Shown here: positions 1-10,032 of the stretch, in pieces | Numbering within the stretch: position 1 is the stretch's first letter | Layout of the letters: every line of letters starts with the position of its first letter | From: a virus | Lineage: Duplodnaviria; Caudoviricetes | Direction: 5' to 3' (one strand) | Virus record (IMG/VR): IMGVR_UViG_3300037488_002133 | Location: 1 to 56,400 of that record | DNA: 56,400 nucleotides | Translations under genes and position numbers: made by a program | Notes under the pieces: model-generated | Databases searched by the model: none | Seen by the model: the letters and a program-made list of their open reading frames with translations, nothing else | Told to the model about the DNA's origin: nothing

Positions 1-312
1 CCCGTTGGACCCGTTGGAGTCACTGGACCTGTCGGACCCGCTGGAGTCACTGGACCCGCTGGAGTGACTGGACCCGTTGGACCCGTTGGAGTCACTGGAC
101 CTGTCGGACCCGCTGGAGTCACTGGACCCGCTGGAGTGACTGGACCCGCTGGAGTCACTGGACCTGTTGGGGTCACCGGACCCGTTGGACCCGATGGAAT
201 CACAGGGGTCACTGGACCTGTCGGACCTGCTGGAGTGACTGGACCCGCTGGAGTCACTGGACCTGTTGGGGTCACCGGACCCGTTGGACCCGCTGGAGTA
301 ACCGGAGCCTCT
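1..312 (+). repeat. Collagen-like Gly-X-Y coding repeat (9/18-bp units)
   Basis: Tandem ggacccgctggagtcact / ggacccgttggagtcact variants. Confidence 0.95.
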
Positions 313-2364
313 GGCACCGTTTTCACCGCCAAGACAACTCTTGGGCCTGCTCGTCGCCGTTATCTTGACGGCACTACTGGCTCAACTACCCAAGACGTAT
401 TTTATCGGGACGTTTTCAACGTCAAGGATTACGGGGCGTATGGAAACGGGACTAACGACGATACCACGTCGATAAACGCAGCTATTGCAGCATTACAATC
501 CGCAGTTATTTTTGGTAATACGTTAGGGACACTCTATTTTCCGCAAGGGGTGTACAAGATATCCAATAACCTGACTATTACTTTAACCGGAACTCTGAAT
601 TGCACTGTTAAAGGCGATGGAAAATTTTCATCGATAATTTATCAAACCGGATCTGCTAAAAACGGTCTTACGGTGTCGATGACTACCGATCAATGCCCGT
701 TAGAGATTTTTAATCTGGGTTTTACAACCGATACGACAGCGGCTTGCGCGATTAGCGTAGTGGTTACCTCTCCGAACAGTATGGAGAGCATTGCTGGAAT
801 TACTATACGAGATATAAACATAACCACTACTGTTAACGGAGCATCGCCCTCATTGGGGTGGAATAATGGGGTATATCTCGATGGTCCTTGGAAAGTTGTG
901 CTGAATAATATCGATGGAATCGGAGGGTTGTTGCAAACCACCGCATCAATTAGTTCAGCGAGTTCTAATTACTCGGGGTCCGGAGACGAGGCAACGGTTA
1001 CAATAGACACTGTTACCCCGCACGGTTTGGTAACCGAACACCGGGTGACGGTGTATGGGTTAACTCCCGTGCCTCCGTCAATTCCGAATCCCCCGAATAC
1101 TGGTTCGGACCCTAACGGGTATCACTCAATAATTGTTACGAGCACTACGCAATTTACATATGTAATTAAGAGCCAGATATCCGTTGCGTCGTATTCTGGG
1201 TCGGGAGCGTTCTACCGTCAGCAAAACCCTGTTGGCTACGCCTCGACAGGTGCCGCTACTCTGTACGATTCGACTACTCAAAACGGACCAACTATTAACG
1301 GTACCAAACCGGGCAACGGTGCGTTTATAACCATGTACGGGGGAATAAACGTAAACGCTACGAATTTGTACGGGGCTTTTTGGGGTTGCGGGATGTTCTT
1401 AGGGAATTTTAATCTCGGCGGGGTTCAAGCGAATAATCTTGGTCAGCAAACCATAAATGTAACTAACGTGGTTTTTGTAGGAGTGAATGTGGGATGTTTC
1501 AGGGCCGCTGGATATGCCTTCTCGGATTTGGGGTTTACCAATTGGCAAAACGATCAGGGGAACCCCATAACTGATATTAACGTAGTAAACTACAATTTGT
1601 TTATTAACGGGGACACCCGCAGTGCGGAAAATCCAAGTATATGGGGGAGGAGTACGCTTACCAACATTGGTTGGACTCCTCCGGGAGGATCTTCAGCTCA
1701 ATATGGCGTCTATTTAAGTTACATAAGTTACTTTGTTTTTCTTGGGGCACGAAATTTTCCAACTTCAAAAACAGTAGTTTACATTACTGGGACCAGTGTA
1801 GGAAATGTATTTGACAGTTGTGTCTTCGGTAACGGCGCTATTTTTCTCGGTGCTGACACAAGTTTTAATCAGATCAACAACACGAAGGGATCTACCGTCA
1901 CTGATAACTCATCGCTAAATAGGGTTAGCAACGTAGTAGTTGGTGGCGTCAATACTAGCCTTTATCTTGCCACGAGTCAGACGATTCCCAATAATACCGA
2001 AACCGTTGTAACGTGGTCGGGGGAACGGTATTCCGGAGGATTTGGTATTTGGTCTGCCGGTACACCTACGCGTGTTAACGTACCTTCAGGAGCTAAACGA
2101 GTTAGGGTTAGTGCGGGAACATCTTGGGACGCAAGTTCAGATGGCCAGTTTGTTGCGCGGATTCGGTCAAACTCGGGCGTTAATTGGGCTAAAGATAATA
2201 GGTACGGAACAGCTTCCAATGGTAGTGGGAGTGCCACGTTTATTACCCCTATAATAGATGTGAGCTCGATAACCTATTTTGAATTGTATCTGATCCAAGT
2301 TACGGGTGGAAATCTTGATTTATTAGCTACAAATGCCACATACTTAACCTTGGAGGTCCTCTAA
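1..2364 (+). CDS. Tail fibre/spike: N-terminal collagen-like repeats plus pectate-lyase-like beta-helix domain (5' partial)
   Basis: Frame is open from base 1 ([12 protein letters not shown] repeats). [30 protein letters not shown] is the typical start of tailspike/Pectate_lyase_3 domains. Confidence 0.8.
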   Translation, partial: PVGPVGVTGPVGPAGVTGPAGVTGPVGPVGVTGPVGPAGVTGPAGVTGPAGVTGPVGVTGPVGPDGITGVTGPVGPAGVTGPAGVTGPVGVTGPVGPAGVTGASGTVFTAKTTLGPARRRYLDGTTGSTTQDVFYRDVFNVKDYGAYGNGTNDDTTSINAAIAALQSAVIFGNTLGTLYFPQGVYKISNNLTITLTGTLNCTVKGDGKFSSIIYQTGSAKNGLTVSMTTDQCPLEIFNLGFTTDTTAACAISVVVTSPNSMESIAGITIRDINITTTVNGASPSLGWNNGVYLDGPWKVVLNNIDGIGGLLQTTASISSASSNYSGSGDEATVTIDTVTPHGLVTEHRVTVYGLTPVPPSIPNPPNTGSDPNGYHSIIVTSTTQFTYVIKSQISVASYSGSGAFYRQQNPVGYASTGAATLYDSTTQNGPTINGTKPGNGAFITMYGGINVNATNLYGAFWGCGMFLGNFNLGGVQANNLGQQTINVTNVVFVGVNVGCFRAAGYAFSDLGFTNWQNDQGNPITDINVVNYNLFINGDTRSAENPSIWGRSTLTNIGWTPPGGSSAQYGVYLSYISYFVFLGARNFPTSKTVVYITGTSVGNVFDSCVFGNGAIFLGADTSFNQINNTKGSTVTDNSSLNRVSNVVVGGVNTSLYLATSQTIPNNTETVVTWSGERYSGGFGIWSAGTPTRVNVPSGAKRVRVSAGTSWDASSDGQFVARIRSNSGVNWAKDNRYGTASNGSGSATFITPIIDVSSITYFELYLIQVTGGNLDLLATNATYLTLEVL

Positions 2365-2366
2365 TT

Positions 2367-3056
2367 ATGAGCTGCGGATGCGGAAACAATAACTGTAACG
2401 GGAACTGCGGTGGCGATTGCAACCAAGCTGGTGACATGTGCGCTCCTCCAGTGCCCATTGTCACCATCGTGGCTGGACCGGTTGGACCTACCGGAGCCAC
2501 CGGCCCATCGGGTCCGGCGGGGTATGGCGTGACCGGCCCCACTGGCCCCACGGGTCTTCAGGGCATCCCCGGACCCATCGGCGCGAACGGCACCACCGGC
2601 GTAAGCGGAGCTACTGGTGCCAGCGGAGCGCCCGTTGCGCTGTTTACGGGAGTCATCTGGAACCCGAGCGTCCCCACCGATGGGATCGAGGCATTGCAAG
2701 GGTCTAGGGTGCTCGATTTCGGCACGGTCAACTTCAACAGCGGTGACTACCTCTTCAGTCTGAAGATGCAGATCGGCTGGAACGCCGGTGCCGTCGGACC
2801 CAACAACCTCAACGGCTCGGTCGACTTCATCGACGGCACCGTGACCCGCAACGTCTTCAAATGGGGCCGATCCAAGTCCGAGGCATCTGGATACCAGTAT
2901 GGTGTGGCCGAAGCCTACGACTTCTGGTTCATTGCCACCGTCACGAACGGTCAAAACGTCCGGCTGGTCGCTTCCGATCAGTTTTACCTGCTCGGAGCGC
3001 AACTCGTGGCGTTCCCACTTCCCACCAACACGATCACGTCTCCCGGATTCATTTAA
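2367..3056 (+). CDS. Collagen-repeat virion protein with Cys-rich N-terminus
   Basis: [14 protein letters not shown] start, [10 protein letters not shown] triplets, C-terminal globular region; 2 nt after upstream stop. Confidence 0.7.
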   Translation: MSCGCGNNNCNGNCGGDCNQAGDMCAPPVPIVTIVAGPVGPTGATGPSGPAGYGVTGPTGPTGLQGIPGPIGANGTTGVSGATGASGAPVALFTGVIWNPSVPTDGIEALQGSRVLDFGTVNFNSGDYLFSLKMQIGWNAGAVGPNNLNGSVDFIDGTVTRNVFKWGRSKSEASGYQYGVAEAYDFWFIATVTNGQNVRLVASDQFYLLGAQLVAFPLPTNTITSPGFI

Positions 3057-3058
3057 TC

Positions 3059-3478
3059 ATGCACGACCAATTCCCCATCTCCATCGATCTGGCCATTCAT
3101 CCCGAGGAAATGGGTGTGATGCCCATGCCCGCGCCCCCTTCTAAGGGTAAAAAGTCCAAACCGATTTACCCTTCGCTCTACATTTCGGGGGCCAAGAATC
3201 TTGAGGCGCTGCCCCGCGAGGGCTACGCGTTGATCCACTTCAAGCGCCGTAGCGTGACGCTCGGTGACCGCGACGGCGAAAGCTGCTGCTCGGCGGATCT
3301 GGAAGTTCACGAGATCAGTCTTGCCGAGGCAGGCTCCGACGAGGACAGCGGCGACATGGCTGACGCATTCAGAGCTCTCGCCAAGGACCGTGGCTATGAT
3401 ACCGGCTCTCAAACTGACGATGAGGACTACGACGAGGAATCCGAAGAGGACGATCTCGACGAAACCGAGGAGAAATAA
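3059..3478 (+). CDS. Hypothetical protein with acidic C-terminus
   Basis: ATG at 3059 (MHDQFPISID) 2 nt after upstream stop; fills the operon gap. Confidence 0.7.
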   Translation: MHDQFPISIDLAIHPEEMGVMPMPAPPSKGKKSKPIYPSLYISGAKNLEALPREGYALIHFKRRSVTLGDRDGESCCSADLEVHEISLAEAGSDEDSGDMADAFRALAKDRGYDTGSQTDDEDYDEESEEDDLDETEEK

Positions 3479-3481
3479 TTT

Positions 3482-4462
3482 ATGCAGGTAACTCTTGGCC
3501 GAATCATCAACGCGTCGAAGTCTAACGACATTCTCGGCATCTCCGACCGCGCCAAGATCATCGACTACATCCAGCGTGCGATTGAGATCGCGGCGTATCG
3601 CGCCAATTGGGACCCATACGTCGGCACCCTCGACGTCTGTTCCAACAACAGCGGGTGCATCACGCTGCCCGATTTCGTCGAGACTGTTTTAGCCGCCAAT
3701 ATCGGTGGGTCTCCAGCTTTGGGACGGTCCAGTTGGTTTGAATACCACATCAACGGCATCGGTTCAGGCAACTGTGGCAGCGCGTGCGGGGTTTTCTGGG
3801 ACGACAAGATGTGGAGCCCGACCTTTCAAGATCTCCATGGTTGGAGCTTGGTCGCTGCAATCTGCGAAGACCCCATCGACGGCAACGGATCGCTGGAATT
3901 GATCGTGCAGGGCGAGACGATGGACGCGAGCTACAACCAGAAGATGGCACTGACCATTCCGGTGACTGGCCCGTCGTCGCCCGGTGTGCGCGTCCCCATC
4001 CTCACGGGGTATGCCGCTACCGACCCGAGCGCGACGTTCTTCAAAAAGATCACCCAAGTCACGAAGCCAGTCACCCGTGGGTACATCAAGCTGATCGGGT
4101 TCCGCCCCGAGCAGCTCGCTCAGGCAGTCACCATCGGCTACTACGCTCCGCACGAAACCAATCCGATCTACAAGCGGATGAAAGTTTCATGCACCTGCGA
4201 ATGGGTGCGGATAAAGTATCGCCGCAAAACTCTAGAACTCGTCAATGATTACGACCTTGTCCCGCTGGATTCGTATCAGGCAACGCTGGATCTTCTTAAA
4301 GCTATCCGACTTCGTGAGACGAACAACATCGACATCGCCGAGAAGTACGAAGTCAAAGCACTCCAGCTTCTGAACGATATCCAGACTATCAAGGACGCCG
4401 CAACGTGGACCCCCATACAGGTCGATCCTTCGTTTGGCATCGGCACGATTGATTACCGTTAA
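3482..4462 (+). CDS. Putative head-tail adaptor / tail tubular protein A-like
   Basis: 326-aa ORF directly before a 681-aa nozzle-sized gene; function inferred from podovirus gene order. Confidence 0.45.
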   Translation: MQVTLGRIINASKSNDILGISDRAKIIDYIQRAIEIAAYRANWDPYVGTLDVCSNNSGCITLPDFVETVLAANIGGSPALGRSSWFEYHINGIGSGNCGSACGVFWDDKMWSPTFQDLHGWSLVAAICEDPIDGNGSLELIVQGETMDASYNQKMALTIPVTGPSSPGVRVPILTGYAATDPSATFFKKITQVTKPVTRGYIKLIGFRPEQLAQAVTIGYYAPHETNPIYKRMKVSCTCEWVRIKYRRKTLELVNDYDLVPLDSYQATLDLLKAIRLRETNNIDIAEKYEVKALQLLNDIQTIKDAATWTPIQVDPSFGIGTIDYR

Positions 4463-4464
4463 CC

Positions 4465-6510
4465 ATGTCTGAAACAGTCACACCGGGCAGGATTATGATC
4501 GAGGGTGGCCTCGACGGCGGGCGCTTTGCCGGTTTTCCGGAAGGCGTGGACAGTTTCGTGCATCCGCTCGCCGTACGACAATCTCAGATACGGTGGATGG
4601 AGAACGGGGTCACTCAGGGGGCGTTCCTTCAGACGCGCCCCGGCTACAAGACCCAGCTCACGTTCGATGTGTCCGTCGTGGGTTCCGCAGCAAACACATG
4701 GTGGGTCGCAGCGGGCAATCCCATCATCCACCCCCAAATGATGGCAGATTTCGTACCATCCAATGGGTCTCCCCAGAAGATCTTTGCGGTCAGTGGGTCC
4801 GTCTGGTTCTGCACGATCAACCCCAACGGATCGCTCGGGGCTCCGCAGCGTATCCCCAATTTCTCGTTCGATCAGAATGCCGACCAGCTCACGGGTACAC
4901 TCTGCACCCAGACAAATACCATCAATTCTGGGCTCTATGTGAATAACATCGTGCCCAGAAACCTGTTGGTGATTCAGGATGGGATTAACCGAGCAGGGGT
5001 TTGGGATGGATTGTCGGGGGTACACCTTAACCCCGAAAAAAGAATCTCCACCGACGCTGGAGGGAATACGTTGTACGATACTGGATACAACGAAACCCGC
5101 ATCGGTTTATGGTGCTCGTGGAGCGGAGACCGACTGTTCGTGTTCAACGGTCGATTGGGGTTTGCATCGGATCTCGGAGACCCCCTGCACTTCACCGAAG
5201 AACTTAATCTGAATAGTTTTCAGGTGATGGTGTTCCCAGACGACGTCATGGGTGCGATTGATCGAGGGACTTCCGGCAACAACGAGTCGGCAGTCGTGGT
5301 GTGTACCCGAACCACGACGTGGACCCTCTTCAGCGGCGTGCGTAATCGCATCCCATCGTCTTTTGGAGCGGGATGGGCCAACACCCCCGGCTGGATGACC
5401 AAGATTTTTAGTGGGGTTGGCTGCATTGCTGGGAAGAGCATGATTGTTCATCGTGGACTGCTTTACTGGAAGTCACTCGATGGGGTCGTGGTCTTTGACT
5501 CCGTCAACACCACCAACGCCACCCAGAATCTACCGATCATCGACAAGGAGATGGCGTACTCCAAGCGCCTCGTGTGCCCACCCAATAATCCCTCTGGGGA
5601 TCTGTCGTGCGCTGGCAAATACGCGAGCTATGTCTTCTGGAGCGTACCAGTGGGTCCGGTTAACCACGGGCGCTGCTATTGCCGCCACACTCAAGTGCTG
5701 GACCGTCAAACTACCAGTTTGGGGACCACGGGTTGGCAAGGAGTCTGGACCGGCATGCGCCCCGTGGAGTGGTCGGCCATCCAAGTTGCGGCTCCGCACA
5801 GTTATGCCCTGTCGTTGGACATGGATGGGGTTGTTCGCATTTGGGAGGCTTTTCAGTCCAATCGGGCCGATAATGGACGACCCATCAAGTGGCTGGTGGA
5901 AACTCGGCTCGACCGCGTTCAGAACTCGGTATTTGAGTACGCTAATTTCCGTCATTTCCGCCTGTTGGTAGACCAAGTGTTGGGCAACTTTTTCATCAAG
6001 GGATATTGGCGAGGCATGCGTGGATCATACCACAAGCTGTTGGACAACTACATCACGGCGACTCCGGGGTCGGTGTTGACCCCTATTCCGGGGTTCTCGG
6101 AGGTCGTCAACAACACGAAGCATTACGCGTTTATGATGCAGACCCGCACGGTCATTTCCGAAGACTTGCGCGGGGCCAACGACGAGTGCTCGTCGGCTGG
6201 AGTCGAATCTCAATACGAGGATGGGACCGACCACGCGTTCAGCCTACTTCTCAAACTGGAAGGTCGCGGAGCCATCGTGGCTTACCGGATCGCGGTCGAC
6301 TCTCGGCCCGATAACACCGAAGGCCAAGCGGTCCTTAATACCGGTGTCGATGAGCTGGGTTTCAACATCATCAGCGCAACAGATTGTCCGCAGCACATCG
6401 CGGGTGGATTTACTGAATACCAGTTATACGATCAGCCGGTTCAGCTTGCTTTGTCCCCCTACCAACCGGTATATGACGACTCGTCCAACTATCAATCGCC
6501 ACTTTCATAA
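4465..6510 (+). CDS. Putative tail nozzle/stabilisation protein (tail tubular B / P22 gp10-like)
   Basis: Size, beta-rich composition, N-terminal MENG..LQTRPG motif, position. Confidence 0.55.
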   Translation: MSETVTPGRIMIEGGLDGGRFAGFPEGVDSFVHPLAVRQSQIRWMENGVTQGAFLQTRPGYKTQLTFDVSVVGSAANTWWVAAGNPIIHPQMMADFVPSNGSPQKIFAVSGSVWFCTINPNGSLGAPQRIPNFSFDQNADQLTGTLCTQTNTINSGLYVNNIVPRNLLVIQDGINRAGVWDGLSGVHLNPEKRISTDAGGNTLYDTGYNETRIGLWCSWSGDRLFVFNGRLGFASDLGDPLHFTEELNLNSFQVMVFPDDVMGAIDRGTSGNNESAVVVCTRTTTWTLFSGVRNRIPSSFGAGWANTPGWMTKIFSGVGCIAGKSMIVHRGLLYWKSLDGVVVFDSVNTTNATQNLPIIDKEMAYSKRLVCPPNNPSGDLSCAGKYASYVFWSVPVGPVNHGRCYCRHTQVLDRQTTSLGTTGWQGVWTGMRPVEWSAIQVAAPHSYALSLDMDGVVRIWEAFQSNRADNGRPIKWLVETRLDRVQNSVFEYANFRHFRLLVDQVLGNFFIKGYWRGMRGSYHKLLDNYITATPGSVLTPIPGFSEVVNNTKHYAFMMQTRTVISEDLRGANDECSSAGVESQYEDGTDHAFSLLLKLEGRGAIVAYRIAVDSRPDNTEGQAVLNTGVDELGFNIISATDCPQHIAGGFTEYQLYDQPVQLALSPYQPVYDDSSNYQSPLS

Positions 6511-7212
6511 ATGAGCGCGACCATCCCAATTACTCTGACTCCAGTGCCTGTTCCGGTAGGCGTAAAAGCCACGGACATCAACCAGCTAGTTACGATCATC
6601 ACCCAGTACATCGCTGGGTCGATCAATCAGGATGTGTCGTTTTTCCAGATCGTCAGCGTGGACCCCACTCAGCAGACGACGCCCATCATCTTCAACACCT
6701 CCCAAGGTGTGTTCAAGTACTGGGACACCACCGTGGGCAGATACAGTCCGGTGACTCCGTTTCAACCGGGTGATATCAAAAACACGTTTTCAGGTGGAGA
6801 TAGCCCTCAGACCGGCTGGATCGACTGTGATGGTCGAGTCATCTCGACGATCCCCAACATCAGCGCCAACCAACAGGGTGTGCTCAATGCCCTTTTCGGC
6901 ACTGGTGGGACTCTTCCGACACTCACCCCGCTTCAGGGTGTCAGCGATCTGCCCGCGTCGAATGCGTTTTCGGACGTGCCGGTCTTGGCCACGACTCCCC
7001 CCACCAATCAGATCGCGAACCTTCCGTTTTCGTCCGAGTACAATCCGGTCGAGCCCCAGAATCTCGCGGCCAACACCGAGCAGCTACGGGGGAGTCAGAA
7101 CGATCTCCGTACTTCGGTCACGTCGATGCAGGCACTGTCGAATCAGTTGCTCAACGCCTTCACCGCGCCGGTCAATGGGCTGGTCGCCCAAGTATTTGTT
7201 GGATATCCGTAA
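6511..7212 (+). CDS. Tail protein with tail-collar-like motif
   Basis: PGDIK....PQTGWIDCDGR resembles the phage tail collar domain. Confidence 0.5.
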   Translation: MSATIPITLTPVPVPVGVKATDINQLVTIITQYIAGSINQDVSFFQIVSVDPTQQTTPIIFNTSQGVFKYWDTTVGRYSPVTPFQPGDIKNTFSGGDSPQTGWIDCDGRVISTIPNISANQQGVLNALFGTGGTLPTLTPLQGVSDLPASNAFSDVPVLATTPPTNQIANLPFSSEYNPVEPQNLAANTEQLRGSQNDLRTSVTSMQALSNQLLNAFTAPVNGLVAQVFVGYP

Positions 7213-7691
7213 TGATTATTTCAGTACAACCGTCCGACGACATGGAGTTCTTCAACCGCATGGTAAATCATCCGGATATCGCTCCATTTGTGCGGGACGA
7301 CTCGTCGACCGGCTACATTGATTGCTCGCTACTGGACGACTCCAACAGCGTGAGATTGAAAATTCTAGCCGATGACGTAGATGCGGGGTTCGCCATTTTA
7401 ATCAATACTAGGACCGGCGAGTATGAGCTTCACTCGGGGCTCCTCCCTCAATATCGAGGTCGCCTTGCCGTTGCGGCTGGTCTTGCAGTTATTGCATGGG
7501 CACGGGCATCCAAAGTTTGCTCTCGCTTGACTACTTGGGCGTGGGAGAATGCACGCCACGTTCTGTTGATCACGCGCCGAGCCGGATTTCAGGAAGAGCG
7601 CCGAGAGGATTGGCCCAACACGGTCAACGGTATGCCGGTTCGACGGGTGCTATTCGCCATCAATTTTAATCCCCTCCTACCATGCCTATAG
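7212..7691 (+). CDS. GNAT-fold protein (DUF2824 / P22 gp14-like)
   Basis: YELHSGLLPQYRG..RRAGFQEE GNAT-like motifs; lies just before ejection genes. Confidence 0.65.
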   Translation: MIISVQPSDDMEFFNRMVNHPDIAPFVRDDSSTGYIDCSLLDDSNSVRLKILADDVDAGFAILINTRTGEYELHSGLLPQYRGRLAVAAGLAVIAWARASKVCSRLTTWAWENARHVLLITRRAGFQEERREDWPNTVNGMPVRRVLFAINFNPLLPCL

Positions 7692-8518
7692 CTGCTGCAT
7701 TACCGTACATAGCTACTGCCGCCAGTGTCGCCGGTGCAGTCAGTAGCGCGGACACTTCGCGCAAGTCGATCAACGCCCAGAAGGACGCCCTCAAATCTCA
7801 GCGGGACATCGCGGCCAATCTCAAGTACGAGCCCATCGACATCAAAAACCTGACTGAGCAGGCCCGCCAGCAGGCGGTGTCGAACGCGGTCAATTCGCTG
7901 GCCATGGAGCGTGAGTTGAGCCCTGACGTGGCCGCAAGCCGACAGATGGTCGCGCAACGGGTCAGCCAAGATCTCGCGCTCGGTGGTCAACTCTCTCCTG
8001 ACGTTGCCAACCAAGTCGCTCGTGCCTCTCGCACGCAGGGGGCGCGGAGCGGTGCCCCTGCTGGTCCCATCACTGCGGCTCAGATCGGGCTCACGGGTGA
8101 GCAGCTCCGCAATTCTCGGTTGGCCGAGGGCATGCAGTTCCTTAATCAAAACAAGCTGCCGGTCTCGGGGCTTGATCCCGGTGCGTTGGCTTCGCTCATG
8201 GTCTCGCAAAATTCCGCTTTGAATCAGTTCAACGCCGCCAAGGCTGGGGTGGATGCGAATCTCGCCCAGAGCACTGGTCAGGTGAACGCCGGTATTGCTG
8301 CACAAGAAGGGGCGCAAAATCAGGCGTGGATTAACGGTTTCACTAGCTTGGCTGGAACTATGGGTAGTTTCGGTGGTAACAATGTCCCTTCATCTGGGCT
8401 CAGTCTAGGCCAACAGCCTAGTTTCCTTGGTAATGCGAAACCCTTCGACATGGGCGGGCTCCCGATTGGCAACGTCATGCCCACCCCCTTCAACTACTCG
8501 ATGAATCCTACGACCTAA
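7682..8518 (+). CDS. Putative internal virion/DNA ejection protein
   Basis: Hydrophobic Ala-rich N-terminus, Ala/Gln/Gly-rich; follows GNAT gene as in P22 gp7. Confidence 0.55.
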   Translation: MPIAAALPYIATAASVAGAVSSADTSRKSINAQKDALKSQRDIAANLKYEPIDIKNLTEQARQQAVSNAVNSLAMERELSPDVAASRQMVAQRVSQDLALGGQLSPDVANQVARASRTQGARSGAPAGPITAAQIGLTGEQLRNSRLAEGMQFLNQNKLPVSGLDPGALASLMVSQNSALNQFNAAKAGVDANLAQSTGQVNAGIAAQEGAQNQAWINGFTSLAGTMGSFGGNNVPSSGLSLGQQPSFLGNAKPFDMGGLPIGNVMPTPFNYSMNPTT

Positions 8519-8522
8519 TCCC

Positions 8523-10031
8523 ATGGCACTCGAAACCTCTGGATTTCAACTCTCGCAGTTCGACCGAGCCCCGAATATACCGGGGAATGTCGGCGTTGTG
8601 GATACCAAGTCGATCTACGACAGTGTCACGAGTGCCCTCAAACAGCAGGAGGTGTTCCGCACGCTACAACAGGTTCAGGGGTTGAACGACGCCTCGATGG
8701 CGTACCAGACTGCACAGGCGCAAGGGCTGCTGTCCAATTTGCCGGATACTCTGGCTGCACAGAGAGCCCAGTCCCGATTGCTGTCTTCTCAATCGACTGA
8801 GGGACTTCGTGGAGTCAGCCCCCAAGTCGATGCCCAGATCGCGAAATATCTTTTGTCGTCTGCTTCGGACACTGCCAGCATGCCATTGGTTCCGAACAGG
8901 GCCGCTGCTGAGAAAGCCAAATTGAAGAGTGAGGAGGTTATGTCGGGAGTTATGGCCGATCCTGAAATTGCTCGGCGAATCGCCATGTCCAAGACTCTGG
9001 GAACCGGCACCAATGCGTCTCGCGAAAAAGCGATAGCGACTTTGGCAGACCCCAGTGCTCCGGAGTTTGCCAAAAGAGCTGCTGAGATGTATCTGGGGCT
9101 CACGGCCAAAGCGGCTGCTCCCGGCATTGGATATATGACCGTGACTGGTCCAGATGGGTCCAGTGAAGTTGTTGCGACAAACAAGAATGCGGTTGGTGTC
9201 ACGAGGCTGAGTACGGGTGAAACAATTGGAGTCGCTCCCGGAACGCGGCCCACTATGGCCCCTCAACAACTGTCGTTGTTGCCGACGCCTGCGGCTGCGG
9301 CTCCTGCGGCTCCTGCGGCTGCGGCTCCTGCGGCTCCTGCGGCTGCGGCTCCTGCGGCTGCGGCTCCTGCGGCTGCGGCTCCTGCGGCTGCGGCTGCGGC
9401 TCCTGCGGCTCCGTATGTGCTAGTCAATGGGGTTCCGACTGGGTCTCCTGCGGCATCCAATTCGTTCTGGTTGGGTCAATCAGCGGGGGAAAAAGTCAGC
9501 GAGAAGGACATCTCCCAAGTAAAATCGGAGTGGCTCAAAAAACTTCCGGCGCTTGAAGGCTCTATCCGAGACATGGAGTCAAAATTAGTATTGAATGAGA
9601 AATTTCTTGATAGAGCGGTATCCCAAATATCTGGGTGGAGTACCGGTTTGGGGGGTCAAGCGTTTCGCGGGATGGGGGGTACGGATGCCTTTAATCTACA
9701 GACAACTTTGTTGCCGGTTCGCACCAACATTTTTACTGGCGAGCTGTCTCAAATGCGGGCAAATTCCCCGACTGGTGGTGCAGTTGGCAACGTGACGGAC
9801 GTTGAGGGTAATAAGTTAGAAAGTACGTTTGGGTCTCTCGATACTGCTCAAAGCGCCGACCAACTCCTCCAAAGCATCGAGGATGTCCGGCTTGCCCGTC
9901 GAGAATTGCTTCAAAATATGAGGAGGACCGTGTCGGAGTACCGTCAGTATCTGAACGGCTATGGGGCAACACCGGCCAAGTCTGCGCCATCTGGTCCATC
10001 TTTGGAAGATCGACTGAACAAATACAAGTAA
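8523..10031 (+). CDS. Putative internal virion/ejection protein with Ala-Pro linker
   Basis: 502-aa ORF with PAAAAP low-complexity linker and C-terminal GGAVGNVTDVEG motif; operon position. Confidence 0.55.
   Translation: MALETSGFQLSQFDRAPNIPGNVGVVDTKSIYDSVTSALKQQEVFRTLQQVQGLNDASMAYQTAQAQGLLSNLPDTLAAQRAQSRLLSSQSTEGLRGVSPQVDAQIAKYLLSSASDTASMPLVPNRAAAEKAKLKSEEVMSGVMADPEIARRIAMSKTLGTGTNASREKAIATLADPSAPEFAKRAAEMYLGLTAKAAAPGIGYMTVTGPDGSSEVVATNKNAVGVTRLSTGETIGVAPGTRPTMAPQQLSLLPTPAAAAPAAPAAAAPAAPAAAAPAAAAPAAAAPAAAAAAPAAPYVLVNGVPTGSPAASNSFWLGQSAGEKVSEKDISQVKSEWLKKLPALEGSIRDMESKLVLNEKFLDRAVSQISGWSTGLGGQAFRGMGGTDAFNLQTTLLPVRTNIFTGELSQMRANSPTGGAVGNVTDVEGNKLESTFGSLDTAQSADQLLQSIEDVRLARRELLQNMRRTVSEYRQYLNGYGATPAKSAPSGPSLEDRLNKYK
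9288..9412 (+). repeat. cctgcggct/gcggct coding repeat (Pro-Ala linker)
   Basis: Directly visible tandem units. Confidence 0.9.
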
Positions 10032-10032
10032 G

